This document shows, one piece after another, positions 36,386 to 45,024 of a DNA stretch of 56,251 bases. The translations under genes were made by a program, and so were the position numbers. Numbering within the stretch: the first letter of the stretch is position 1; each line of letters begins with the position of its first letter. Source of the stretch: Parcubacteria group bacterium CG1_02_58_44 (GTDB lineage Bacteria > Patescibacteriota > Patescibacteriia > SG8-24); NCBI GenBank assembly GCA_001872545.1, contig MNWN01000036.1:1-56251 (forward strand), in the 5' to 3' direction. The notes below the pieces were generated by a model, which made no database searches, was not told the origin of the DNA, and was given only the letters and a program-made list of their open reading frames with translations.

Positions 36386-37213
36386 ATGGACGTCTCGATC
36401 ATCATCCTCAACTACCGCAGCCGTGGCCTGACGCAGCAGTGCGTCAAGACCCTGTGCCTGTATCCGTCCGAGTGCTCCTGTGAGATAATTGTCGTGGACA
36501 ACGGCTCGGGGGATGGCGTCGGCGACCTTTTGGCGGAACGGTTTCTAGAAGTCCGGTTCATCGACGCGAAGGAGAACTTGGGTTTTGCCTCCGGCAACAA
36601 TTTGGGGATCAGGGCGGCCAAGGGCAGGTACATCCTGATAATGAATCCGGACATCACTGTCCGTCCGGGTTCCGTCGACGCTCTCGTCCGGTTTATGGAC
36701 AAGCATCCGGACGTTGGCGTGGCCGGTCCCAAGCTGCTGCGGCCGAACGGTACGGTGGACGAGTCGTGCTATCGTTTCCATCGTTGGCTGACGCCGGTCT
36801 TCCGGCGGACTCCGCTCGGTCGGCTGCGGTCCGGCAGGTCGGAGAACGACCGTTACGTCATGGTGGATTTCGACCGGTCGGAGAGCCGCGATGTCGATTG
36901 GTTGCTGGGTGCGGTGCTCATGGTCAGACGGTCCGCCCTCGAGAAGGTCGGTCCGCTCGATGAGGGTTACTTCATGTACTTCGAGGACACGGACTGGTGC
37001 CGGCGCTTCTGGAAGGACGGCTACAGGGTGGTCTATTTCGCCGGTTCGACCATGGTGCATTGCCATGAGCGACTGTCGGCGCAGGTGCTCTGGCTGTTCG
37101 GTCCGTTCAATCTGGCGGCACGGAGGCATATCCGCAGCGCTATCTATTACTTCAGGAAGTGGGGAACCAAACCGGTCACTCACGAGGAGTTGGTCCCCAA
37201 GACCAAAGGCTGA
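36386..37213 (+). CDS. Family-2 glycosyltransferase
   Basis: ATG at 36386, right after the previous stop. VSIIILNYRS...IIVVDNGSGDG and FMYFEDTDWC. Confidence 0.9.
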   Translation: MDVSIIILNYRSRGLTQQCVKTLCLYPSECSCEIIVVDNGSGDGVGDLLAERFLEVRFIDAKENLGFASGNNLGIRAAKGRYILIMNPDITVRPGSVDALVRFMDKHPDVGVAGPKLLRPNGTVDESCYRFHRWLTPVFRRTPLGRLRSGRSENDRYVMVDFDRSESRDVDWLLGAVLMVRRSALEKVGPLDEGYFMYFEDTDWCRRFWKDGYRVVYFAGSTMVHCHERLSAQVLWLFGPFNLAARRHIRSAIYYFRKWGTKPVTHEELVPKTKG

Positions 37214-37265
37214 TCCTCCCTGTCGGATTCAGTCATCAGCCATCGGTCAGCTCCGTATTCTTTCT

Positions 37266-39287
37266 ATGCCGCATCTCAAGACTAACATGCTGACCGCCCG
37301 ATCTTGGCGGCGGTCCAACTGGAGTCCCATTGTTAGAGTGGCACTGTGGGCCATCTTGTTTTCGACTATTCTGGTCGGAGTGATGATTGCCGCCACCTTC
37401 TTTTTCTATAATGCGGTTCGCAGACTGGAATCTCACTTCAGGACGGGCCGTTCGGAATTGGAGCAGGCCGAGCTTCACGTTCAGGGACTGCGGCTGTCCG
37501 AGGCGATCGCCCATCTGGATTCGGCAGATGTCGAGTTCGTTGCGGCCCAGCATGACCTCTTTCGTCTGAAAATACTAAAAATAATTCCCGGACTCGGGCC
37601 TACAGTCGCGGCTGCGGACGGTCTGCTGGCCGGAAGCCGCTCCGCCATCTCGTCATTGCGTCCGGCCTTGACCGCGGCCGAGTCGGTCCTGTCCGAATTG
37701 AACGGCGACGATCTCATCATTTCGTTTCTGAGCGGCGGGTCGTCCGGCCTGTCTCAGGTTTTGGGTGACCTGACGGCCGAAAGGAAACGTCAGATATTGG
37801 CCAGCCTGTACGAGAACGCGCCGCAGATCAGGTTGTCGGCAGTCGGCCTGGACCGATCGATCGAGATCTTCGAGGGCATCGACGCCAGCGCGTTCGGTCC
37901 GGAGACTGAACTGTCGCTGGCCGCGGCCGTCGTCAAGCTGAGGAAGCTGCATGACGGATTGGACAGCGTCTCCGTGGCCGCCGAACTGCTGCCGTCCCTG
38001 CTCGGATATCCCGGTCCGCGAAGGTACCTGGTGTTCTTCCAGAACAATTCAGAGCTCCGTCCGACCGGTGGCTTTCTGGGAGTCTACGGACTGGTCGAAG
38101 TCATGGACGGCAGTCTGGTCAGCACGACGGTCGACGACGTCTATGCACTTGACGGACCTTCCGAGTCGACTGAGCGTCCGGTTCCGCCCGAACCCATCCG
38201 TCGCTACATCAACATCGACAAGTGGTACCTGCGTGACGCCAACTGGTCGCCCGACTTTCCGACTTCGGCCGAGGTGATGGAGCGCTTCTTCCATGAGGAG
38301 TCTGTCGTGGTCGGCAGCGATCCGGGCGAGCTGGACGGGATCGTGGCCCTGACTCCCGAGCTGGCCTCGGACCTGCTCCGAATTGTCGGACCCGTCAGCG
38401 TTGACGGTAAGACCTTCACTGCCGAGAATTTGGTCGACCAGCTGGAGTTCGAGGTCGAGCGCAACTACATCGCTGAAGGCATCCCGTTCCATGCGCGTAA
38501 GGGCATCGTCGGTGACCTGACCGACGAGCTGCTGGCGCGTCTGACGGCATTACCGCTTCTGGATCAGTTGGCGGTGCTGGAGGCAGTCGAGGCCAATCTG
38601 GCCGAGAGTCAGGTCCTGTTCTGGTTTCATGATTCGGAGCTCGAGCGGTTCGTGCTCGACCGCGACTGGGGCGGTCGGCTGTCGGATACGACAGGGGACT
38701 ACGTCAGCGTGATCGACGCTAACTTAGCCTCCTACAAGAGCGACCCGGTCGTCCTGCGCACGGTCGGCTATTCGATCAGGCCGTCCGGCGACCGGTTCGA
38801 GGCGGCGGTATCCGTGACCTACGACCATCACGGCCAGTTCGACTGGAAGACCACCCGCTACCGGACCTATGCTCGGGTCTACGTCCCGGCCGGCGCCGAA
38901 CTGCTGGGGGTCGACGGTGCCATGTACGACGACCGGCTCAAGGATCCGGCCCGACGCCCGGGTCAGGTCGACGTCTATTCCGAGTCCGGCCGGACCGTCC
39001 TTGGGGCGTTCATTTCCGTCGAGCCCAAGGAGAAGAGGACCCTGACCTTCCGCTACCTGCTGCCCGAGTCGGTGACCGACCAGATTGAGGCCGGAGAGTA
39101 CTCGCTGTACTTCGAGAAGCAGCCCGGAACCGTGGCCTACGGTTTGACTCTGGACCTCGATTTTGGTAAGAACCTGACGTCGGCCAGCCCGGCGGAGGAC
39201 CCGTCCGAGTTCGGCGATTCCCACTTTATATACGGTACCGACCTGCGCCTCGACCGCAGCTTCGGGATTGTCCTGCAGAAGCCCTGA
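37266..39287 (+). CDS. DUF4012 domain-containing membrane protein
   Basis: ATG at 37266 (MPHLKTNML..), a TM helix, then FFQNNSELRPTGGFLGVYG, characteristic of DUF4012. The listed 36891 start overlaps the GT2 gene and is not credible. Confidence 0.85.
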   Translation: MPHLKTNMLTARSWRRSNWSPIVRVALWAILFSTILVGVMIAATFFFYNAVRRLESHFRTGRSELEQAELHVQGLRLSEAIAHLDSADVEFVAAQHDLFRLKILKIIPGLGPTVAAADGLLAGSRSAISSLRPALTAAESVLSELNGDDLIISFLSGGSSGLSQVLGDLTAERKRQILASLYENAPQIRLSAVGLDRSIEIFEGIDASAFGPETELSLAAAVVKLRKLHDGLDSVSVAAELLPSLLGYPGPRRYLVFFQNNSELRPTGGFLGVYGLVEVMDGSLVSTTVDDVYALDGPSESTERPVPPEPIRRYINIDKWYLRDANWSPDFPTSAEVMERFFHEESVVVGSDPGELDGIVALTPELASDLLRIVGPVSVDGKTFTAENLVDQLEFEVERNYIAEGIPFHARKGIVGDLTDELLARLTALPLLDQLAVLEAVEANLAESQVLFWFHDSELERFVLDRDWGGRLSDTTGDYVSVIDANLASYKSDPVVLRTVGYSIRPSGDRFEAAVSVTYDHHGQFDWKTTRYRTYARVYVPAGAELLGVDGAMYDDRLKDPARRPGQVDVYSESGRTVLGAFISVEPKEKRTLTFRYLLPESVTDQIEAGEYSLYFEKQPGTVAYGLTLDLDFGKNLTSASPAEDPSEFGDSHFIYGTDLRLDRSFGIVLQKP

Positions 39288-39291
39288 AAAC

Positions 39292-40296
39292 ATGTTTATA
39301 CCGAAGATCGGAATCGACTTGGGTACGACTTACGTGCTGGTCTACGTGCCGAAGAGGGGGGTCATCATCAATGAGCCCTCTGTCGTTGCCGTATCGTCGA
39401 TCGACCGTAAGATTTTGGCCGTCGGCAAGGAGGCCAAGGATATGCTCGGACGCACGCCCGACACCATCGTGGCTCACCGGCCGCTTAAGGACGGCGTCAT
39501 CGCCAACTATCAGATGACCGAGGCCATGCTCCGCTATTTCATCAACAAGGCGGGCGTGGGACGGTTCTTCCGGCCCGAGGTCATGGTCGCGGTTCCGGGC
39601 GGCATCACCTCGACCGAGCGGCGTGCCGTGGTCGATGCGTCGATCCGGGCAGGCGCACGCGCCGCCTACATCATCAAGGAGCCGATCGTGGCCGCCATCG
39701 GGGCGGACATACCGATCGGCAGCGCTTTGGGTCACATGATCATCGACATCGGCGGCGGCACCATGGAGGCGGCGGTCATCTCGTTGGGCGGCATCGTCTC
39801 TTCGGCCTCGGTCAGGATCGGGGGAAACAAGCTGGATGCGGCCATCGCCGAGCATGTTCGACGGAAGTATGGGCTGGCGGTCGGCGAGCGCACTTCGGAG
39901 GACATCAAGATCGGCATAGGCTCGGCGATCTATATGGACCAGAAGCTGACCATGGAGGTGCGCGGACGAGACATGGTGACCGGACTGCCGCGGGTGATCA
40001 CGGTAGGTTCAGACGACGTGACCGACGCCATTCAGCACGAGCTTACCGGCATGATAGCGGCCCTGAAGGAAGTGCTGAACAATACGCCGCCTGAGCTGTC
40101 GGCCGACGTTATGGAGAAGGGGATGATCCTGTCCGGCGGTTCGGCACAGCTGCGGAACCTGGCGACGCTCTTTGCCGAGGCAACCGGCGTGCCGGCCTAT
40201 GTGGCCGACGATCCGCAGTTGTGCGTGGTCAAGGGTACGGGCATTGCCTTGGATAATCTTGCATCGTACAAACGTTCGGTCATGGCCAATAGATAG
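39292..40296 (+). CDS. mreB: Rod shape-determining protein MreB
   Basis: IGIDLGTTYVLVYV..INEPSVVA, GGGTMEAAVISLGG, and a C-terminal GGSAQLRNL. Confidence 0.95.
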   Translation: MFIPKIGIDLGTTYVLVYVPKRGVIINEPSVVAVSSIDRKILAVGKEAKDMLGRTPDTIVAHRPLKDGVIANYQMTEAMLRYFINKAGVGRFFRPEVMVAVPGGITSTERRAVVDASIRAGARAAYIIKEPIVAAIGADIPIGSALGHMIIDIGGGTMEAAVISLGGIVSSASVRIGGNKLDAAIAEHVRRKYGLAVGERTSEDIKIGIGSAIYMDQKLTMEVRGRDMVTGLPRVITVGSDDVTDAIQHELTGMIAALKEVLNNTPPELSADVMEKGMILSGGSAQLRNLATLFAEATGVPAYVADDPQLCVVKGTGIALDNLASYKRSVMANR

Positions 40297-40307
40297 ATGA
40301 TTTACAC

Positions 40308-40438
40308 GCAGGTTCTCGGTTGGCGAACTTCAACCGTCTTCGGAAACCGTTAGCTCGTCGTATTGTTAAATACGACTCACGTCGCGGTTTCTTCCAGACG
40401 GCTACATTTCATCCAACTGAGAACCTGCTTTTGTTTTT
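40308..40438 (+). ncRNA. 121-nt four-helix extended hairpin plus U-tract (outsized terminator or small RNA candidate)
   Basis: 16-bp closing stem (40308-40323 / 40413-40428), a 10/11-nt internal bubble, 6-bp and 7-8-bp helices, an 8-bp apical stem with a GUUA loop, then UUUUGUUUUU. Confidence 0.35.
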
Positions 40439-40551
40439 AGATAATCCTCCGTGGGCATCTACATAGGGTCCTTTCGTCAATCTTCTGGTTTCCTATCTCG
40501 ATTGTTGGGCTGATGTTTCCATCCTTGCGATGGAGCCTCTTTCCACTCAAC

Positions 40552-40572
40552 AAAAAACCGCCTTTACGGCGG
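40552..40572 (-). terminator. Rho-independent terminator (minus strand)
   Basis: CCGCC-GUAAA-GGCGG followed by a U6 run on the minus strand, downstream of 40606..40881. Confidence 0.6.
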
Positions 40573-40605
40573 TATCGATCGATGAGGTACAGATGCGCTG
40601 CTTGT

Positions 40606-40881
40606 TTAGGCCAGCAACCAAGCCAGCAGCCGAAGTTTCCAGCCCAGACGCAACCATTGATCTTGGATCTGGGCTTTTAGGTCTATGACTCCGGTCAGAT
40701 CGTCGGCTTGTGCGCCGGCAATCATTCTGGTCTTCTTGATGTGGATTTCGGCCTGATGGAGACAGTGCATGGCACCGATCCCATCTCCGTTTCCGAGATA
40801 GGTTTTTGACTCCCGCAGCATCTCTTCGGCTGCTTCAAGCTGTGCGGGGATAGTAGGCTGATCGATTAGCCCAATACTCAT
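40606..40881 (-). CDS. Small helical protein with a hydrophobic C-terminal tail
   Basis: 91 aa counted from the ATG at 40881, which is preceded by the strong SD AAGGAGGG. Ends in WLRLGWKLRLLAWLLA. Confidence 0.6.
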   Translation of the reverse strand: MSIGLIDQPTIPAQLEAAEEMLRESKTYLGNGDGIGAMHCLHQAEIHIKKTRMIAGAQADDLTGVIDLKAQIQDQWLRLGWKLRLLAWLLA

Positions 40882-41047
40882 TTTTCTTCCCTCCTTCTTG
40901 TCAAAGACAATGAACTCAGTCCAACTTATTCTAGACCGGCTCAAACGTCAATGTCCGCGTTTCAGGGCTGATGGGCTGGACTATCTGGAAACCGCAGTGG
41001 TTCGGGTCTATAATGATAAAACGTTAATTCACCTATCTTCATTTCGT

Positions 41048-42298
41048 ATGTCGGAACAGGAGCTAACAAACGGTCGCGGCCGTCCGGTCGCGATGATGAT
41101 GGTTTCGGTGATTCTGGCGACGGTGTTCGGCTTTTCGGCCGGACTGGTCGCAAGTCGACCGGAGGTCGGCAGTCTGGTCGCTTCGTATCTTTCGTCGGAT
41201 GCGTCGTCATCCCAGCCGTCCGGTGACGGTCAGACGGAAGCCATGGTAGATCCGCAGCGGATCGAGGAGGCCCGCCGCATCAGCGCGGTCGAGTCGGTGT
41301 CGCCGGCCGTGGTCTCGGTCGTGGTATCGAAGGACATGCCGGTGTTCGAGCAGTACTATTCCGACCCGTTCGGCGGGGTGTTCGGCAACCTGCCGGGCAT
41401 TCAGATACCGCAGATGCGGCAGAAGGGGACGGAACGGCAGGACGTAGGAGCGGGGACCGGGTTTTTCGTCTCGGCCGACGGCTTGATCGTCACCAATCGG
41501 CATGTGGTGGCCGACGAGTCGGCCGAATACACCGTCGTCACCTCTGACGGCGAGAAGCATACGGCCCAGGTGATGGGTCGGGATCCGTCGAACGACCTGG
41601 CCGTACTGAAGATCGACGGTGACAGCTGGCCGTTCCTGCCGTTCGCCGATGACGAGCCCAAGGTCGGCCAGAGCGTCGTGGCCATTGGCTACTCTCTCGG
41701 GCAGTTCAGCAACACTGTCTCGGCCGGAATCGTCTCCGGACTGTCGCGCGACATTACCGCCGGCGACGATCAGGGCAATTCGGAGCAGCTGTACGACGTC
41801 ATCCAGACCGATGCGGCGATCAACCCCGGCAACTCCGGCGGTCCGCTCCTGAACCTCGACGGCCAGGTGGTCGGCATGAACGTGGCAGTCGAGCAGAATG
41901 CGCAGGGGATCGGATTCGCCCTGCCGGCGAACGACATACGTCAAGTGGTCGACAGCGTGGTCGAGACGGGAAAGATATCGCGTCCGTTCCTGGGATTGCG
42001 CTACCTGATGATCACCGAGGAACTGGCCAAGTCCAACCAGCTGACCGTCGACTACGGCGCGCTGGTGGTTCGCGGCGATCTGCAGACCGACCTGGCGGTG
42101 ACCCCAGGTTCGCCCGCAGACAAGGCCGGCATCGTCGAGAACGACATAATCCTGGAGGTCAACGGCGAACGCTTGACTGCGGAAAATCCCCTGGCCCGGG
42201 CGATCCGAGACCTGAAGTCCGGCGATACCGTTAAGTTGAAGATTCTGCACCGTGGCGAGGAGACCGAAGTCGAGGTCGTGCTGACCGAGCGCGAGTGA
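41048..42298 (+). CDS. htrA: HtrA/DegP-family serine protease (trypsin-like + PDZ)
   Basis: GTGFFVSADGLIVTNRHVV (His), DLAVLKI (Asp), GNSGGPLLNLDGQVVGMN (Ser), and a PDZ domain at the C-terminus. The start is uncertain (41048 chosen; TATAAT at 41009-41014). Confidence 0.9.
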   Translation: MSEQELTNGRGRPVAMMMVSVILATVFGFSAGLVASRPEVGSLVASYLSSDASSSQPSGDGQTEAMVDPQRIEEARRISAVESVSPAVVSVVVSKDMPVFEQYYSDPFGGVFGNLPGIQIPQMRQKGTERQDVGAGTGFFVSADGLIVTNRHVVADESAEYTVVTSDGEKHTAQVMGRDPSNDLAVLKIDGDSWPFLPFADDEPKVGQSVVAIGYSLGQFSNTVSAGIVSGLSRDITAGDDQGNSEQLYDVIQTDAAINPGNSGGPLLNLDGQVVGMNVAVEQNAQGIGFALPANDIRQVVDSVVETGKISRPFLGLRYLMITEELAKSNQLTVDYGALVVRGDLQTDLAVTPGSPADKAGIVENDIILEVNGERLTAENPLARAIRDLKSGDTVKLKILHRGEETEVEVVLTERE

Positions 42299-42329
42299 GC
42301 CCACTTAATGGGATATCTTCGTTGTAGGT

Positions 42330-42354
42330 GAGGCCGTCCCACGAGGACGGCCTC
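42330..42354. terminator. 10-bp hairpin after htrA (weak U-tract)
   Basis: GAGGCCGUCC-CACGA-GGACGGCCUC followed by UUCGG. Confidence 0.4.
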
Positions 42355-42534
42355 TTCGGACCGTGCGTTGGCGTTGCGGTTTGCCCGATCGGTGTTGTCC
42401 ATGACATCATGGTGTCAAACACCGAACCGGCCGACCGAAGCCGGCAGGAGGGTTCAGTACCAAAAGAAAAACAGTCGGAGTTGGTCAGGCCTCCGCTCGA
42501 ATTTGTTCGGGTAGAAGTTTACGTCGGGCGTGCT

Positions 42535-42843
42535 TCAAACGGTTTCGGTTCGTGCCACAATGTCGTAGCCAAGATCGTCAGCGAGATAAGGCAAGCCGTC
42601 GAGGAGGCCGTCGAATGCAGCCGGACGGAAGGATCCAGAGTATAGCTGGCGGCGGTTGACCTGGCGGTCAACGGTATCTGCGATCGGATGGACGGGAAAG
42701 TCAGGAGCGTAGTGGTCGAGATAAGAGGTTCCTGTCCGATGGCAAACGGTCGGATCGAATGGATTGCCTGGAGGCGAGAGGTGAAGCTGAAGAGCTAGCC
42801 GTATTGGGTCTTTCGGACCTCCAATTCTTCCTCGGCTGCGCAT
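42535..42843 (-). CDS. Orphan hypothetical protein
   Basis: Codon usage looks coding (GAC, TTC, CTC and CCG rich). I recognise no motif. Divergent from uppP. Confidence 0.4.
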   Translation of the reverse strand: MRSRGRIGGPKDPIRLALQLHLSPPGNPFDPTVCHRTGTSYLDHYAPDFPVHPIADTVDRQVNRRQLYSGSFRPAAFDGLLDGLPYLADDLGYDIVARTETV

Positions 42844-42936
42844 ATCCGCGTGGCCTTTTCTATGCTTTGGGTCGGATCCGGACGTTCGCCCGCGTTCCAC
42901 GTCGGATCGACATGGATATGCGATAAATATTTTTCT

Positions 42937-43740
42937 ATGGACTATCTCTCAGGACTGCTTTTGGGGGCCGTGCAGGGACTGACCGAGTTTCTTCCGGTGT
43001 CGTCTTCCGGTCACCTGATCCTGGCCAGGACGGTTTTCGGACTGGGCAGCGATCATGGTCTGGCCGTGGATGCGGTACTGCAGCTGGCGACGATACTGGC
43101 CGTGACGGTCTATTTCTGGTCGGACCTGTGGCGGCTGGCCGGTTCGTCCTTTGGTCTGGTTCTGCGGCGGCCGGTGGGTCGTGAGGACAGGACACTGCTC
43201 TATGCGATCGTCGTCGGTACGGTTCCGGCCGCGGTGCTGGGCCTGCTGCTGGAGAGCTACATGGAGACGGTCTTTCGTTCGGTTTGGCTGGTTTTGGTGA
43301 CGTTGGTTCTGGGTGCGGGGCTGATGTGGCTGGCGGAGCGTTTTGCCCGGCAGGATCGGCCACTGACCGTTCGGTCCGGGCTGGGAATCGGACTGTTTCA
43401 GTGCCTGGCGCTGGTGCCCGGCATGTCGCGTTCCGGCTCGACCATCTCCGGCGGACTGTTTCTCGGTCTGAACCGAGCTGCGGCTACACGGTTCAGCTTC
43501 CTGCTGGCCTGGCCGATCATTACCGCGTCCGGACTGAAGAAGCTGCTGGACCTGTCGTCTGAAGGCGTCCTGCACGAGTTCGGGCCAGGCCTGATGCTCG
43601 GTTTCGCGGTCGCCTTTGCAGTCGGCTTGGCGGCGATACATTTTCTGATCAGGTTCCTGCGGAGTCATACGCTGATGGCGTTCGTCTGGTATCGGCTCGC
43701 TCTGGCAGCAGTGCTGGCCGTGATGCTGCTGGCCGGTTGA
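42937..43740 (+). CDS. uppP: Undecaprenyl-diphosphate phosphatase
   Basis: The ATG at 42937 gives MDYLSGLLLGAVQGLTEFLPVSSSGHL. PGMSRSG.TI motif, 8 TM helices. Confidence 0.93.
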   Translation: MDYLSGLLLGAVQGLTEFLPVSSSGHLILARTVFGLGSDHGLAVDAVLQLATILAVTVYFWSDLWRLAGSSFGLVLRRPVGREDRTLLYAIVVGTVPAAVLGLLLESYMETVFRSVWLVLVTLVLGAGLMWLAERFARQDRPLTVRSGLGIGLFQCLALVPGMSRSGSTISGGLFLGLNRAAATRFSFLLAWPIITASGLKKLLDLSSEGVLHEFGPGLMLGFAVAFAVGLAAIHFLIRFLRSHTLMAFVWYRLALAAVLAVMLLAG

Positions 43741-43765
43741 GCCCCGACTGTTTTCCAGAGAGATC

Positions 43766-43794
43766 AAAAGGCTCCGTAGTCACGGAGCCTTTTC
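43766..43794. terminator. Bidirectional terminator
   Basis: AAAAGGCUCCGU-AGUC-ACGGAGCCUUUU between convergent genes. Confidence 0.7.
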
Positions 43795-43817
43795 GTTCGG
43801 CGAATTTTCGTTGCGGA

Positions 43818-44282
43818 TTAGGTCGCCGTGACTGTCTCCGATTTTCTGGCCGGTTCGTAGATACGTCCGCTCCTCGAGTTCTCGATCATCCACCACGTGC
43901 CCTCGAACAGGTTGTCCGGCAGGGCGTCCGGCGCGAACCACCGCCATTCGTCGCAGCGGTCCGTCTCTAGGAGCTGCGGCTCGCCTTCCAGATACTCAGC
44001 CAGGACTCCAATGGTCACGTAGTGCTTGCCGTCCGTGTCGATGTAGCGAAAGTCGTCGGAGACGGAGAAAAGTTCGACGGTCCTCACGTTGAGTCCGGTT
44101 TCTTCCAGTACCTCTCGTTCGGCAGTCTGGAATATGGTCTCTCCGAAGTCTAGGTGTCCGCCCGGGAAGCACCATTCGCCCGCACTGTGCGAGCCTCTCC
44201 TGAGACCCATCAGAATTTTGCCCCGCTCGTTTCGGATCATCACTCCGACGCCGATCAGCGGGTATCTTTTGTCGTTGGACAT
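43818..44282 (-). CDS. NUDIX hydrolase
   Basis: 154 aa. Nudix box GGHLDFGETIFQTAEREVLEETGL. Confidence 0.9.
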   Translation of the reverse strand: MSNDKRYPLIGVGVMIRNERGKILMGLRRGSHSAGEWCFPGGHLDFGETIFQTAEREVLEETGLNVRTVELFSVSDDFRYIDTDGKHYVTIGVLAEYLEGEPQLLETDRCDEWRWFAPDALPDNLFEGTWWMIENSRSGRIYEPARKSETVTAT

Positions 44283-44334
44283 CTGTTTGCTGGGTTAGGT
44301 TCTTTGGAGTGACCTTTTCGGTCGCAGACTGTCG

Positions 44335-44859
44335 TTACAGCAGGCCCAGGTAGTCCAGTCCGAGATATCCGACCTCAACGTCGGTCATTCGGCCAGTGCG
44401 CAGATGATTGCGGAATTCCGGCAGGGGCATGGTGACCACTTCGACGAATTCGGTCTCGTCCGGCTTCGGTTCGGCGACTTTTTGGCAGTTCGTTGCCACG
44501 AAGCAGTGGCGGTCGGTGGTACTGTAGGCGCAGTCTAGGCAGCGCGTCACAGATTCGATGTCTCCAGTGTAGCCGGTCTCCTCAAGGAGCTCTCGTCGCA
44601 TGGCCTCCTCGGGAGACTCACCTTTTTCCTGGACTCCACCGGGCAGCTCGAGCAGCACATCTTCCGGACCGACCCGAAACTGTCTGACCAGGATGACTCG
44701 GTTGTCGTTGGTCAGGGCCAGAACGCAGACCGGCGAACCGGATACCTGAACGTAGAAGTCCGCGTCCTGTCCGTCGGGCAGAATGAAAGTTCTTCGTTTA
44801 ACGGCTCGACCATACTTGGAGAATACGGTCTCAGACTCTTTTTTGGTCCATTTTTGCAT
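44335..44859 (-). CDS. NUDIX hydrolase (ADP-ribose pyrophosphatase-like)
   Basis: 174 aa. Nudix box PGGVQEKGESPEEAMRRELLEETGY. Confidence 0.9.
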   Translation of the reverse strand: MQKWTKKESETVFSKYGRAVKRRTFILPDGQDADFYVQVSGSPVCVLALTNDNRVILVRQFRVGPEDVLLELPGGVQEKGESPEEAMRRELLEETGYTGDIESVTRCLDCAYSTTDRHCFVATNCQKVAEPKPDETEFVEVVTMPLPEFRNHLRTGRMTDVEVGYLGLDYLGLL

Positions 44860-44967
44860 TTAGTTTCGGCAGTCATGGTTTAAATCGTCTAATTTCGGCT
44901 TCATTCATAGGCTATCCCATCTGCAGCTTTTTCGTCCATTGATCAGAATGGCCGTCAGTCATCTTTA

Positions 44968-44998
44968 CGAAAAAGACGATCCTTGCGGGAGCGTCTTT
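44968..44998 (-). terminator. Rho-independent terminator (minus strand)
   Basis: AAAGACG-13 nt-CGUCUUU followed by UU on the minus strand, downstream of the 45025 ORF. Confidence 0.55.
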
Positions 44999-45024
44999 CG
45001 TCTTTTCGGTTTCGCCTCGCCTTC

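Noticed and set aside
36891-37265. A 125-codon N-terminal extension of the DUF4012 ORF, and similarly the 40898 start for htrA, the 46970 start for rarA, the 42850 start for uppP and the 39268 start for mreB.
   Set aside because: The extensions overlap well-supported upstream genes or atypical-composition spacers. The conserved N-termini begin at internal ATGs (37266, 41048, 47060, 42937, 39292).
40369-40380. AATACGACTCAC, a 12/12 match to the core of the T7 RNA polymerase promoter (TAATACGACTCACTATAG).
   Set aside because: The match stops before the essential TATAG initiation region. The 12-mer is simply the 3' arm and flank of the apical stem (GTCGTATT/AATACGAC) of the long hairpin, and no phage RNAP or vector sequence lies nearby. 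It is probably coincidence.
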